From Trichodelitschia bisporula (Eukaryota), in NCBI GenBank assembly GCA_010356995.1, contig ML996698.1, positions 803,923-867,922 of the forward strand: a DNA stretch of 64,000 nt, written 5' to 3'. The notes beneath the pieces were generated by a model. It ran no database searches. It saw nothing but the letters and a program-made list of their open reading frames with translations, and was not told the origin of the DNA. A program made the position numbers and the translations under genes. Shown in pieces: positions 11,401 to 24,153 of this stretch; the first letter of the stretch is position 1, and the number at the start of each line of letters is the position of its first letter.

Positions 11401-14400
11401 TAAGTGGACACCCGCCTTGCCAGCACTTCTACTCAGCCACCCTGCAAACCAATAAGACCCCATCCCGACTGAAGATGCGGAGATTGGCGGAACGGAGCAC
11501 GAGAAAAACGATGGAAGCAGGCCGAAAAGCTCTGGCTGCGTCGAACAGCGCGGATGCGGCGCCCCGAGTCCTGTAGAATACTGTACGTTCTTCCGTCCGT
11601 CTTTGACTCTCTTATACTCACTAATGAACGAAACTCAGAAAAGACCGGCCTGACGTCCAAGAATATTTGCATAAGATCATGCGCGGGAGTCTCGGCAGGA
11701 AGACTGATTTCATGTACGGGTTCCTGCCGCACGATCGTCCAGAGAGGCCGAAACCTAGCAACGCCGGAACTCCAGCAGTTGCGGACGCTCCTCTGTAAGC
11801 GTGACAGCCGTTTTACTCTCGAAGCTATACACTTACTCTTCATAGTGCCAACGGACGCAAGGTCCCAGTCGAGACTCTGCCTATGCCGGCGCTCGGACTG
11901 CTTCGCCCATCCTACACTTCCTCCACGTCTTACTCTCTACGACTCTATTCTCTTTTTATTCATCATGGCTCCACAAGCGAAGCGAAAGCACTCTAGTCAT
12001 CAAGTTGTCTTACTCAACAACTTCAAAAGCTCGAGCGCATTTTCGACCAAATTTTGCTGTATCTAGATTGTGGGAGCCTCCGACTTCCCCTCTTCTTTTC
12101 GTTGTCGCTTTTCAAGCACTCAGCTTACGCCGCTGCCTGTAGAGCCCTCCGATCATTCGACTACCTTCAACACTTGACTTTGACCTTAAAATACCGTAAG
12201 ATTCCTCCCATCGTAACGATGTCGGCCGACAAGCTCCAGGAAGAAGTCAAAGATACTTCGTGCATAGTCTCTACATCGAAGTGGACTACTTGAAAAGACG
12301 AGGCGCTAGGATGGCCGGCCGGCAAATCAGCAGAAAGCGACATCGTCGCAACACGAATTCCTAAAGGCCTAGGGAAATGGACTCAGGTCCGAGCCATACG
12401 AAACCAAACGAAACTGGCAGTAAGGAAGTTCATTGATGATGGCGAAGGAACTGCTAAAGAGTGGTGGACAACCCCTGAAGCTCGCCGCCTCACTGAGGCA
12501 ATCAAGGCAGCGGCCTTCGAAAAGACGCTTCTGCTCAAGCAGAGCGAAAAGATTGACCGCACTGGCCCGTTGAGGCGAACATTAGCCTTTGTCTCCCTCT
12601 TCTCGGCCATGACTGAATCCACTTTGTTACGTTCTTCACCGCCCACTAGAACCTGCGCTTCATCAATGTCTTATGCCCGCGGGCTTTCTTTTGCCCTCAC
12701 ACGAATTCTTTCCTCATCCGTGACGGAAAACATGTCGGCGAGATGATTACAACCGTCTTATTCACCAGCTTCGTGCAGGAATTGGCCACCCTCTTTCACC
12801 CTCAAGGGGAACATCATACCCTCAAGGCCGAACGGCACAGATTCTCCTGCCTCGGGACCCTCTGAGTCCCGCGTCTTTATCCAGAGTTTTGTTTTCAGGT
12901 TCCACCTTGCGTTGCGACGCCTTCCGCTGCATTACAGTGGGGTAGGGTCGTCAGGTCGAAGTTTCTTTTGGTTGATAATGCCTATACGGCCTTCTGTACG
13001 CAACGCAATATCCATTTTTAGTCCACCAAGCTGTCCAAATTGGATAACTTGGGGCTACATTCTGTACAGTAGCTAAATTTCTCATCGCAGTTCATTACTT
13101 CTCCATGTGTTGCAGCTGAGCACAGTCACTGCCCTCGGAACCAGCTGTGAACCCACGACCTGAAGGACATCGGGTACTTTCCTCCGAAGAGCGTGTCAAA
13201 GGAACTACTGTCACGGGAGGGACTGGACGTTTTCATTGCCGATCCGGAGGTCTATGGCGACCGTATCGATGATGTTGTTCCAATCCAGGAAGCGACGGCT
13301 GTTGAGAACCGCGGACCACACTCGAAGGGAACGGGCAGAGCGGATGTTTGCAAGACGTGCACACGGGTGCGACCTAGTACCACCACCTCAGCAATCTGAA
13401 AGTGTTCCGTTGACGGGAGGATCTGGGCCCCGCGGAGCTGGTTCTAGAAACGCAATGCGCGGACTGTATGGAGTTTCCGGTTGAGGTCCGCCAGGGACAT
13501 GATTCGACGTACTGGGAGCGTAGGGCATTGTGGTTGGACAGGCAGTATGAGGATGGAAGTGATGACAGGCTCTGGGAGCAGGTTGGTCGAGAAATGAGAT
13601 GCAGAGTAAGGGGGGAGGGGCGTTCAGGTACCGCGTTTGGACGTATCCATCCGCCTGTCCTGTTCTCGTTTCACTGCAACAGTTTCAGCATCACGGTCAA
13701 AGGTGAAGCGTGAGTTTCACTCCTATAAGCGAACTTAATACGAATACTAATTGCCATAGCAAATGCAGCTGTCTTCACGAGACAACATACATAGGAGCTG
13801 GCGCTTACGGCCATAAGGGCGCGAATGAAAGTGATCTATAAAGCATATGAGGTCGTCTATCGGATGGCGGCCTAGAGCTGGACACCGCAGAAGAGCCCGG
13901 CCCGATCGGGCAAATAGTGTAGGGCTAGATCGTGATCTCAGGGCGTGTGATCGCCGGAGCACACACCGATGGCTTTGACATACCCATAAGCGCAAGGCTG
14001 GAACGAGATGCCGGACGCCGGAGCCCTACTGCCGCTCTGGCCTTCATGAGAGTGATAGGAGGCCAATGTGCGCTTACGACCGTAAGGTCGATCTTAGGGC
14101 TCAGGATCACCGGAGATACTCCCGAGCTCTGCAGCAAGCGCAAGGCTGAATCGGTCGTCGAGATCATTTCTTCCACCAACCACGGCAGGCACCGCAGCCC
14201 TACTCCTGCGCTTGTGAGGGGCTTCCGAGGGGACGAATCGGAATGCTGGCGTCTCGGCCACCACTTAAGAGGTTCATCTCGGGAATTGGTCGGCAGGAGC
14301 TGGGTACGTCAGCCTCGTAGCCAACACGCAAGGCTGCCATGTCCCACCACTCGAGAACTTCATTTCGGAACCTCGCCCGCAAGTAGTTGAATATATCAGC

Positions 14401-14457
14401 CTCGCGCCAAACCCGCATGGTCGCCGCACTTCTGCTTTCCCAACCCACACTTCACCA

Positions 14458-15159
14458 TCACAGCTTGCCCTTAGCTTTCACCACATTCCCATCCCTCGAG
14501 TGCCGCGCATACATCCCCGGCAGTACATTCCCCAAAAAAGCCATCTCCTCACTCGCATGCCTCAACAACCCCTCCGCCACCTCATCCCTAAACAATCCTT
14601 CCCTAACCGCCACCCCCTCAGGCCCCGCGGGCAACCCCTCCACATCCCCAACCCAAAACCGACTTCTCATCCGCGCACCCCCCGCCTCATCCCTCACAAG
14701 GTGAATAACATGTCCCGTCCGCACAGTCGGCGCGTCAGCGCCACTCCCATCCCACGTCCCGACGCGGGCACACACCGCCGTCGCCCATCCATGTTCCCTA
14801 AACTTCCTCTCCCAGTCGGGGCCGAAATACACGCCGGGGCTTACGAAACTGAGCCGCAGCCGCTGGAGCTGTCCCCCGATGCGCTCCTCGACCAAATGGT
14901 GCCCGCCGATGTATGTGGAGTTATTGAGGCGGGGTCCGGCCCAGGCGCTGGAAATATGGTCGTAGGGGTGCCAGAGGGCGTAGTCGGCGGTGGAGTGGAT
15001 GTAGCCGAACCACCAGTCTATCATGGCGCTGGTAACGGCCGGCATGAAGGTGTGTGCTGCGATGTAGAGTTCGCCGGAGGGGAGGCGGGTCCAGCCTGAC
15101 TCGAGGGTGCTGTAGGGTTGGTCGAGTAGGCGGGGGGCTTGGGCAAGGGTGAGGGCCAT
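14458..15159 (-). CDS. phlG: PhlG-like DAPG/phloretin hydrolase family protein (233 aa, intronless)
   Basis: Family motifs MP.VT..MIDWWF, Y.LWHP.DH, YIG..H.VEE.IG, GH..H.VR...G..MRSRFW.G and H-x3-E (HASEEM..L...LP.MY), including plausible His/Glu metal ligands. Confidence 0.85.
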   Translation of the reverse strand: MALTLAQAPRLLDQPYSTLESGWTRLPSGELYIAAHTFMPAVTSAMIDWWFGYIHSTADYALWHPYDHISSAWAGPRLNNSTYIGGHHLVEERIGGQLQRLRLSFVSPGVYFGPDWERKFREHGWATAVCARVGTWDGSGADAPTVRTGHVIHLVRDEAGGARMRSRFWVGDVEGLPAGPEGVAVREGLFRDEVAEGLLRHASEEMAFLGNVLPGMYARHSRDGNVVKAKGKL

Positions 15160-15695
15160 GGTTGTTGGGTGCACGTGAGGGGGAGACGGAGCGGGAAAGG
15201 GACCCAGGTTAATGATAAGCTGTGATCGGGACATCGGATGGGATTGTGGGATGCCCTTCCTTTAGCGGGAACGCGGTATCGGAGTATTCAGGCCATAGGT
15301 CGAACCAGGAGGCCTGTGAAGGGGGATATGTGTTTCGCATTAGCGTTTGGGGTTAAGGCGCACTAGGCGCTGTTTCGAGATCTATGAAGTGGTTTCACCC
15401 CGCCTGATATCTCCTCATATCTTGTTAGCACGCGCTTCATATGCCCTACACATAAAAAATCCACCACCAGACCTTACGCGCGTAACCCGCCCCAGCCCTC
15501 CCCCACCAGCGCCCCCGATCTGCCCTACATCTGACACCCGCCCCCAGTCCAGCACCCGTAGCCCCAGTCTCGCTAGCTTCCCCCCCCAAAAGCAGCCTAA
15601 CACCGGCCCTCTAAATTGTTCCGCCCCCCTCCGGCCCCGAATCCGAACCCCCTAAAAAGACTGGCCCACGGCGCCGCCGCCGCCCGCCACCGTCG

Positions 15696-18377
15696 ATGCC
15701 GCCCTCCCCCATGCCCGCTTCCGCGGCTCCGTCTCCGGGACGCCTTGGTCCTGCGCCTATCGCCGGCGTAAAGCGTAAGCGCCAGCCGCGCGCGCCGCTC
15801 GCGTGCGACACGTGTCGTACACGCAAGGCGAAGGTGCGTTCAGCCTTGCGCCCTCAGAGCCCATGCTAACGGGCGCAGTGCGACCAGAATCGGCCGTGTA
15901 GTTACTGCATTAGTACGTTCATCCTCCCGCATTCCGGGTCCGTGGGCTAACCCCGGCTCCGCAGAGCACGCGTTCAAATGCACCGACCGCGTAGACAAGC
16001 GGCCAGCGTACGCGCGCCCGACGCGCGGCTTGCTGAACGTGCAAGTGGAGCCCTCCATGTGGTGAAGCCGCGCTGACGAGCCAGTGCTATTAGCCCGAAG
16101 CCGCCGGCTGGGGGGTGGGGTATGCGGCCGGTGCCGGCGTGTGCCGGACCCCTAACCCTCGCGCCGCGGGTGCCATCCGTGGGACGGGGTGTACCATCCG
16201 CGGGACACACCCTCGCATCCATGAGGCATGATGTGCCCCACCCCGCGCACCCGACCCCCACGTCGTCGTCCCCGTCGTCGTCGCGCAGCCAGACGCCGCC
16301 CAATTCGCCGCCTACTGAGACGTTGCCTGATTCGCTGGGCGAGTTGAATACGCACACCCACGGTACGGAGTTCTACGGCCCGACGGGAATCTTCAGTTTC
16401 CTGGCACGGTTGCGACGGCGCGCGCGGTCGTTCCGGGCTGGCGCTGCGGGGCGTGGGAATGGGAACAATTTGAGCGTGCTCGATGTTAGCATCGTGAATT
16501 ACCTTCATAGCTTTGATTATGGTGGGGCACCTGGGAATAGCCCCTTTAGGGAGGATGAGAATGCACCAGCGGGGATGACGGACGAAGAGATTGAGAGGGA
16601 ATGCGGGCGGCTGTTTTTTCTGAACTTGCATCTTATACATCCGGTGCTGGACCAGGCGGCTTTCCTTGCGCGGGCGGAGAAGGAAGTTTGGATTGAGGAG
16701 GGCGAGGCTCGCGAGGCGAGCCCCGCCGGACGTGTGTTTCTGGGACTCTTCTATGCGGTCCTGGCGCTGGGGGCGATTACGGCGGGCGAGGATGCAATGT
16801 TTGTGAGGGCGCATGCGGCGCCGGATGGGGGGGAGGGAGTGTATCCGCCGCTGCGGATTGCGAAGTATTTCTTCGAGAAGGCGAAGATGTTTGTTGGGGA
16901 TGTGTTCGAGGCGTCGTCGTTGGAAAGTACGCAGACACTGTTTTTGATGGTAAGAAGCCCGGCGGTTGGCAAGGCTCCGTTGACGCTCCAGTCTGTGTTT
17001 TGTCAGAATGCTCTGAAGCCGCATAGCTGTTACCTGTACAGCGGGATGGCAGCGAGAACAGCGCTGGCGATTGGAATCCCTCAACGACTGACGAGTCATA
17101 CCGGTCAGGCGAGCAGCCTGTGGTGGTCAGTTAGAAACCTCTGAGTATTTTCCCGGCTAACAACCACAGGAACTTGTACTCACACGAGATGTAAGCCAGA
17201 AGGAGCCCATATGTCACCGTCACTCATCTCAGCCAGAGAAATGTGCGCATCCGCTGGCCGTGAGTCCACCCTTCGCGAGCCCGGCTGTTATTACATCCCG
17301 CTGCCAGACGCATCCGTAGGTTTTCCGTCTCAATCCCGCACCCACTAACGGCGCAGTATCCGCACGCGGCCTACATGTCATGCATGACCTCTCTCGCCGA
17401 GCTCCTAACCCAAGTGTCGAAAGAAATCTACTGGCCCCTCAGCACCAACGATATAAGCCTTACGTCGCGCAAATCCCTCCAGCTCGACGCCAAGCTTCTC
17501 CGCTGGCGCGAGCGGCTCCCACCGCATCTCGCCCTGGACCGCACCTCCATCACCGAGCCCGAATGGCTGACGAAGCAGAAGATCGTGCTGAAGCTGCGTA
17601 TGTCAGCCTCGTGCCCATCAAGGGAGCCGAATTGACAGCACCAGGCTTCTTCAATGCGCGGATCCTCCTTCACCGGCCCTTTCTCATCGCCGCCGCGACG
17701 ACCCGCCCCCCATCGCCGGCTTATGACACGCATGTGCAGCTCTGTGTTGCAGCGTCGCAGGCCACAATTGCGCTCATCTATGACGCGTACGTGCATCGGC
17801 CGTACTTCCGGACCTGGTTCGTCGCTGCCCTTTGCCCCGTTCCCATCAGCTCCTCCCTCCCTCTTTTCTCCACCCCCTAACCGCGCCCAGGTGGTACAAC
17901 ACAACCTACGCCCTCTACGCAAGCATGATCCTCCTGTACACCATCCTAACCACGCTGCCCCTACCAGCCTCCATGCCACAATCATCCCTCTTCGCCTCCG
18001 TCGAGCACAGCCTCGAAATCTTCACCGCCATGCGGCACGTCAGCGTTGCGCGGCGCTGCGCGGAGCTCACGCGCGCTGTGCTCTCGGTTACCTGCGCAAA
18101 TGCTACTGCCGCGAGCCAGGAAGCCAAGCTGCAAGAGCAGTGGGAGGAGGAGGATCAGGCCCAGCGGCAGCAGGCCCAGATGCTACCGGACGTGGCGGCA
18201 GGAATGCAGATGCCCACATGTCCGGATGGCGGGCAGTTGGATAACATTGCGGGGGAGTGGTTGGGGACGATGCAGGGCGAGTGCGATTTTGCGGGACTGT
18301 TGGATCATGACTTGTTGCATGGGTTTGCGCTGTTTGAGGATGGGTTGATGGGTGACTCGAGTATGCTGCGATTTTAA
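15696..18377 (+). CDS. Zn(II)2Cys6 transcription factor with fungal-specific TF (middle homology) domain, multi-exon
   Basis: KRKRQPRAPLACDTCRTRKAK|CDQNRPCSYCI|.HAFKC assembled across two short introns; later EFYGPT, FF.NLH.IHPVLD, QNALKPHSCYLYSGMAARTALAIG, NARILLHRPFL and YFRTWWYNTTY motifs. Divergent from the phlG-like gene. Confidence 0.9.
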
Positions 18378-19779
18378 GGGGATCGGTTGTGCTGGGATGT
18401 GAAAGGCCGATGGTTCAATGAAGCCATGCTTGTCCCGGGAGAAGAGAATCTTTATGTAGGACTACGCATGGCGCCTAGGATGCGCTAGCCGAACGAGATC
18501 CCAGAGCTCTGTGGAACCGCCTATAACACATGGCCGGATTAGCAACGTCACGCGGCAATCCCAATTGCTATGCACCAAATACGAATCTGAATGCAGAATG
18601 AGATGGGAGTTCGAGGGCATGTCGTCAAATTTGCTTTCTCGCCGTGAAAGTTGCATCACCGCCATCGTTCTTGTCGTTCCGATACGAGTAAGCTAATCGG
18701 AAGCTAGCCGTACCCCGGACAAGATCCGATTGACCTGGAAAAGTGTGGAGTTCATCCGCTTCGCACGTTCGGCAGCCATACGAACGGTTCGGGCGGTAGT
18801 TGTCGCCGGCGGAATACGCGCCAATCGGAAAACATGCCGCGGAAATGGAAGAGTTCCGATGAACATGTACGCCGTGGAAAGGGACTTTAGTTTCTGCCTT
18901 AACAACCACAAGAGTCTGTTCCAACAAGCGGGATGTGGGAGGGCCGATGGGTTGGTCGTGCGGCCTGACCAACCCGTTCTGATGGTGCTTTCGGCTCCCG
19001 CGTCTGTACGGGAAGTTGTCTTGCGGATTTCAGAGCTTTTCGGCCTGCCGTTGCACGCCTCCTCAATCCGATGAGACTGTAGTGTTTCGAATCTCGAGAT
19101 CCACTGAAACTTGGAACTTCAAAGACACTTGCGGAGCTGACACAGTGAGCCGCGGGAGTTTCGTCTTCACTCCACGTATTTTGGCCATTCCACAAGAGGC
19201 GGCCAAGAGGAAGACACCAGCAGAGGGTAAAGAGAAAAGCTCATGGCGAATTGTGGTGATGTTGCCACTGTTCAAGTGACGGCTGACGTCCATATGGCCA
19301 AGCTTGGGGAGCTTACATAAGGATGATGATGACGTGAGACAACAGACTTCAAGTTCTACCTCTTAACACCAAAAGTATCTGCATCTACTGTACTTTTCTC
19401 GACCAATCCTCTCTCCATGATCGCTTCCTGCATCTCTTGAGTCTTGGCCTGTAGAAGGCAGGCTACCGACACACGCACACAAAACCGGTCAAGACGTGCC
19501 AACTCGGATTTGGCATCAATTCATTCTATTCCCGAGTGACGACGACGCCCAGCCTCGGCCGTATGCCTTCGGCTTCGTCACCTCTCGAGGATGATTCCTT
19601 TGTCGCAGCCAGCTCGCGTAGCCGAGTATTACTCATAAGAGACAGCATGCTTATGGTCCTCGCCGCTTTAGCTTGAAATGGGTATTTTGGTATTCATATG
19701 ACCCCATGCCTCTCCATTTTAAATGAACTCGACTTGTCATCACAGTCGCTAGTCTGGAGACAAGCAATTCTGCCACGAT

Positions 19780-21125
19780 ATGGAGTCGTCAAGCTCAACC
19801 AGTGCCCCGAGATCTAGGGGCCGACCTCCCCTGGCACCTACTGGAGATCCAGTCGAAGATGTAAGGTTTAGAACTACTCATCATGTTTAGCAACGACTAA
19901 CACAAACAGCAACGTCGAGCGCGAATGCGCCGCGCGCAGCGTAACTTCCAGCAGCGCCGAGCGACGGCCATTGCTACGCTAGAGATGCGCGTTCGCGAGC
20001 TGGAGAGCACCGTCGAGGCCATGAGTACAGAGTTCGTTGCGTTTGGAGACCGGCTGCTCGAATCCTCAGCCCTTGCCGCTAGCCAACATGCCCAGGTTCT
20101 CCAAGATCTGAGAGACACCACGCATCGATTCTTGACTCTTGCTCGTGCTGCTGACCCTGACCCTGACGCGGAGCCGAGTCACTCGCAGGACGTGTCATCG
20201 TCCTCCGACGATGGTGGCCAGGGCGCCAGTGAACAATCCGTCCAATCACCCTCCGTGGGGTTAGATCCGCTGTCGGGATTCACGGCGTCCTTTAGCGTTG
20301 GGGTTCCGGCCTATGCTACGGTTTACCCCACAGTCCCGGCATCCGCTCCTGCAGGTCAGTTCAGCCCGCGGCTCAACTATATGCTTTCACCTGATCCCTC
20401 CTCTGATCAGGTATTCCCGATGGAGTATCTGATCGGCAGCCCGGAGTCATTCCCGACTCGTCTTTTCTTTGACACCATCCAGGAGGCACGCAGCTGCTTA
20501 CTGGGTGAAGTCTATGCCCCGGGCTTCATTCCCAGCGCCTGCCGCTACAGACTGTTCCAAGAGTCAGTCACTCTCGTGGTCGAGGCTATTCGGCAGCAGC
20601 TCGAGTCCATGACAATCAACCAGAGTGAAAGTCTCCACCTAGATCCCCGGCTAGAGGAAGGTGGGACGAATCTGTACTCGCGGAACGAATACCGGCGGCT
20701 GCATCCCATGCTGGTCCAAAATGCGGCCGATATTGCCCGCCAGGGCGGCGCTCTCTCCGAGTGGCTAGACCCGTGGCACGCATATCAACGTCTGCGACAG
20801 GTCTGGGGGTTGCGGCTGACGTCATCGGCGGTCTTGGTCCCGACGCACGTGAGGCGTGCCTACCTCCCGGGTAAGTGACATGCTCGCAGCTTGCTCTTTA
20901 CACACTGACTTCATCGCAGGCGGTGCACAGTTTTCGGCGACGTTTGGGCTTCCTCCACCGCCCCAGCATGAGATCGGTCTGGAGCAGCCCGATACACTTA
21001 TCAACCCCCAGATCCTCATTCGGAGGCTGAATCGGACAGCCATGTGCTTGGGCGACGGGCCGCGGTTCCTGACACGTGAGGTGGATGAAGCGGCTCACTG
21101 GTTGCTGACTGAAGTGGTAATATGA
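19780..21125 (+). CDS. bZIP transcription factor, 3 exons (introns 19861-19909, ~20870-20919)
   Basis: RGRP (AT-hook-like), then basic region RRARMRRAQRNFQQRR and zipper IATLEMRVRELESTVEAM; C-terminal EWLDP and L...AMCLGDGP.F...VD.A motifs typical of this fungal bZIP group. Confidence 0.85.
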
Positions 21126-21191
21126 ACTCAATTGGATTACGATTTGCTCGAATGCGACGCTGCTGAACCGCCTCTATCTAACGTTGATATC

Positions 21192-22151
21192 TCAGAAGGG
21201 AAACCCGAGCAAGCCAGTGGTCAGGAAGCGATCATCCTTCTCGAACTTGTCCTGCAACTTCTTCAACTCAGTCACGTCCCAGTTGGCGTACACAAGGCGG
21301 CCTCTGACGAATGCCGCCTCGGGGCTGGAAGCCCACACCGCAAAATGTGCCGGAAGAGTGGCTGTCACGGTTAGCCGAGTCCTGGTCAAGATCACAAGGG
21401 AACGTACGAGTATCCGGGGTAGGAATGTTCATGGCCGACTTTTCATTCATTGCCGTCTTGACCACGCCGGGGTGGAAGTTCAGGACCTGGACGTCAGGGT
21501 ACTGCGCGGCGACCAGCTCGACCACCTTCGCAGCCGCGAGTTTCGACGCCGTGTAACTGGAGAAATATCCAGCCATCTCTGAAGGCAATGCCACGACACC
21601 GGAGCTCGTAGCTACGAAGGCGGCGTTGGGCTTGTGGCTGGGGAGGAAAGCGTTGGCAACGATGAAGGTGCCCTTCACGTTGATCTAGGACGGTCAGTCA
21701 TGTCCACGGTCTTGTCAAATCAACGCACCTCGAACCCAGTCCACCAATCCTTGAGGTCCCCACTGCCAATAACGGGGCCGGGCTGGGACAAATACGCCGC
21801 ATTATGGACGAGTACGTCCCAGGCGCCAATCTTCTTCGCCGCCTCTTGGACAGACGCCTCGTCGGCGATGTCGGCGCGGTGCACTGTGACCTTGATGCCG
21901 GGGAACTCCTTTTCAACGACGTCCTTGGACTCGTTCAACGTCGCAACGGTGCGGCCTAGGATGTGGATGTCTTTCGAGCCTGCGAGAGCGAAGGCCTGCA
22001 CCGTGGCGCGACCGATGCCCGTGCCGGCACCGGTGATGACGACGGTCTTATCGGCCGCCGAGAGCTCGGGGCGGCGAGGGTCGATGGCCGCATAGGTGTC
22101 GTTGTGGATGGTGAGGGGGACCTCGGGGAGAACGACCTCTTTGTCGGTCAT
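21192..22151 (-). CDS. Short-chain dehydrogenase/reductase, 3 exons
   Basis: HNDTYAAIDP N-terminus, TGAGTGIG Rossmann motif, HNAA, catalytic YTASK, HPGVVKT and C-terminal AAFVRGRLVYANWDV.EL. Convergent with the bZIP gene, 66 bp between stop codons. Confidence 0.92.
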
Positions 22152-22931
22152 TGTTGTGGTGAGAGGGTTTATTGGGTGCTTAGTGTTGGTGCTGGGAGTT
22201 GGGGAAGAAGGTGAAGGGATGAAGATGAGCTGAGAGTCTGTGAAGCTGCTTGATGCTAACCGAGTGAAGCTGTTGTTGTTGTTGTTTGTCTCATGGGGTG
22301 GAGAGCGACCTTCATATATACCCGATTCTCGTCTATGCTTACGAGAAGCTCTGCGGGGCTCTGCGGGGCCCCACAGGGGTCAATGGCTGACTCGCTGATA
22401 CGCAGTTGCGCTACGTCGTCAGCCTATTCTTTAGGTTGTGTGGAGTTTCATGGGACAATTTCTAAGCCGGAACCTCTCCCGGAGGTAGCTATCGCATGTA
22501 TCGGGCTAAAGTCGCGCCGCGTTAAGGAACGCCATCGGGCTCAACAACGGGTGGATCAGTAACTCTGCGGACAGCCTTATCATCTTGGCAAGTATTGTAA
22601 ACATGAACTGCTTGTTAAACTAAGTTTGGAGAAGAAAGATCTGGAAAAGTGCTTTAAGACGGAGTTACTTCTATTCGCCGGCTGGGCATGCATGACGTGC
22701 TCTCCATGTGAATTCTGCGCGCTCACTAAAAACCTTGCCTGGTCTTGGAAAGGGGGCCTTTCAGCCGATCTGCACGACGATGACAAACCCATATAACAGT
22801 GGAGGCGACATGTCTAGCCTTTGTAATGGCGTTAGGATTCGAATTTAGGACCAAATTTCTCGGTAGAGGTCCGGTTAACCTCAGCTGTTGGAATAGGGCT
22901 CGCCGCCACCTTACTCAAGACGTAACCTCGA

Positions 22932-23018
22932 TTAACCACCATGCCTGAGGCCTCAACCACATTACAAACCATTCCTGAGGCTTCAACATATTACAAACCG
23001 TGCCTTAGGCGTCATATA
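22932..23018. repeat. Degenerate ~30-bp tandem repeat x3
   Basis: TTAACCACCATGCCTGAGGCCTCAACCACA / TTACAAACCATTCCTGAGGCTTCAACATA / TTACAAACCGTGCCTTAGGCGTCATATA. Confidence 0.7.
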
Positions 23019-23268
23019 TTTCACACCTCAGGCACCGGCGAATTTAAAGTGTCCGAGTCTTTGAGCGCACCTCATGAGGCCGAAATAGAGATCTCACGAC
23101 GGATGTGCGTCATAGACGCCTCTCACAGGGCTGCCCGATCTATCAGATCGTTGCGCAATGCGTGGTTGTTCAGCGAAGTCGAGATTAGTGAACGTCCACG
23201 ATGGGGCCAGGGACTGCACGACGGGCCGCCCACGAGGGTCCCTGTGGGCCCTTTGTTGTGGATAGGGC

Positions 23269-23276
23269 TGACGTCA
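23269..23276. promoter_or_regulatory. Perfect CRE/ATF palindrome TGACGTCA ~250 bp upstream of the MscL-like gene
   Basis: Exact 8-mer in the promoter. ATF/CREB (Atf1/AtfA) factors bind this site, but a single 8-mer can occur by chance. Confidence 0.35.
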
Positions 23277-23525
23277 CATTCTGCAACGTAATTCTTACAT
23301 TGCCCTTCAACGAGATCGTTTGACTTGCATGGGATGTCAAGCAGTAAATGGGACCTGCAGACGTGAACTAATCCCGGGTACGTGTGGCGTAGTGTGGCTG
23401 GGAGTTACCCCGCCACACCCGCGAGCAAGGAACGTCATGACCCAAGCAAGGCGAGACACCTTGTGTGCCCAGCACATCCAACTTCAACCTCACCTCTCAC
23501 CACGCGAAGGCGATCTCCAGCAACC

Positions 23526-24153
23526 ATGGCGGATGTCTCGCACTCCTCGCTCGAAGAGTATGGCAATGAGTTCGCCGCGCGCGCCCGCGCCACCTTCGAC
23601 AGCTTCACCGACTTCGCGCTGCGGGACAACGTGCTTGAAGTCGCCGTCGGGCTGATGTGCGTGTCCCTTCCAAACCCTTGACCCATCTAACGTCCTCAGT
23701 CTTGCAGCTGCGTTCTCCGCCGTGGCCAACAGTCTCGTAACCGATATCCTGCTCCCCGTTGTCTCGCTCATCCCGTGGATAAACCGCAATCTGGACGAGC
23801 GGTTCGCGGTCATGCGGCCCGGCCCCCAGTATCGCTATCCCAACGGCACGGTAGTCGGGTATAACACGCGGGCGCAGGCGCTGGAGGATGGCGCGCTGAT
23901 TTGGGCGTGGGGCGCGTTTTTAGATGCTGTGCTGCGATTTCTGCTCATTGCTGCGAGCTTGTTTGCGATTGCGAGGATATATGGGTATGTGGCCGATGAC
24001 AACATTATCAAGAAGCAGGTCAGGTGTAAGGAGTGCAGGAAGTATATCAGTGAGAAGGCGAGGCGGTGTTTTAATTGTACGAGTTGGCAGGATGGGAGGG
24101 AGGATGTGAAGCCGAGGGGGGGTGGGGGGCAGGGGGAGGATTTGTTGTCGTGA
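23526..24153 (+). CDS. mscL: Fungal MscL-like (large-conductance mechanosensitive channel family) protein with C-terminal CxxC-x10-CxxC, 2 exons (intron 23657-23699)
   Basis: FTDFALRDNVLEVAVGLILAAAFSAVANSLVTDILLPVV matches MscL S1/TM1 (F..FA.RGNV.DLAV..IIG.AF..IV.SLV.DII.P); WGAFLDAVLRFLLIA is TM2; tail CKECRKYISEKARRCFNCTSW. Confidence 0.88.

Noticed and set aside
11900..14400. Protein-like fragments, e.g. 12219-12750 +, possibly decayed genes or transposon
   Set aside because: Interrupted by stops, with no transposase, RT or other family motif recognisable.
14458..14472. C-terminal GKL of the PhlG-like protein as a peroxisomal PTS1
   Set aside because: Gly at -3 is non-canonical; cannot be supported without homolog comparison.
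18500..19300. Possible gene fragment between the Zn2Cys6 and bZIP genes
   Set aside because: Short ORFs in shifting frames with no convincing start, splice structure or family.
22932..23018. CRISPR-like array (30-bp periodic, partly palindromic repeats)
   Set aside because: Eukaryotic context, head-to-tail degenerate units without unique spacers, and no cas genes.
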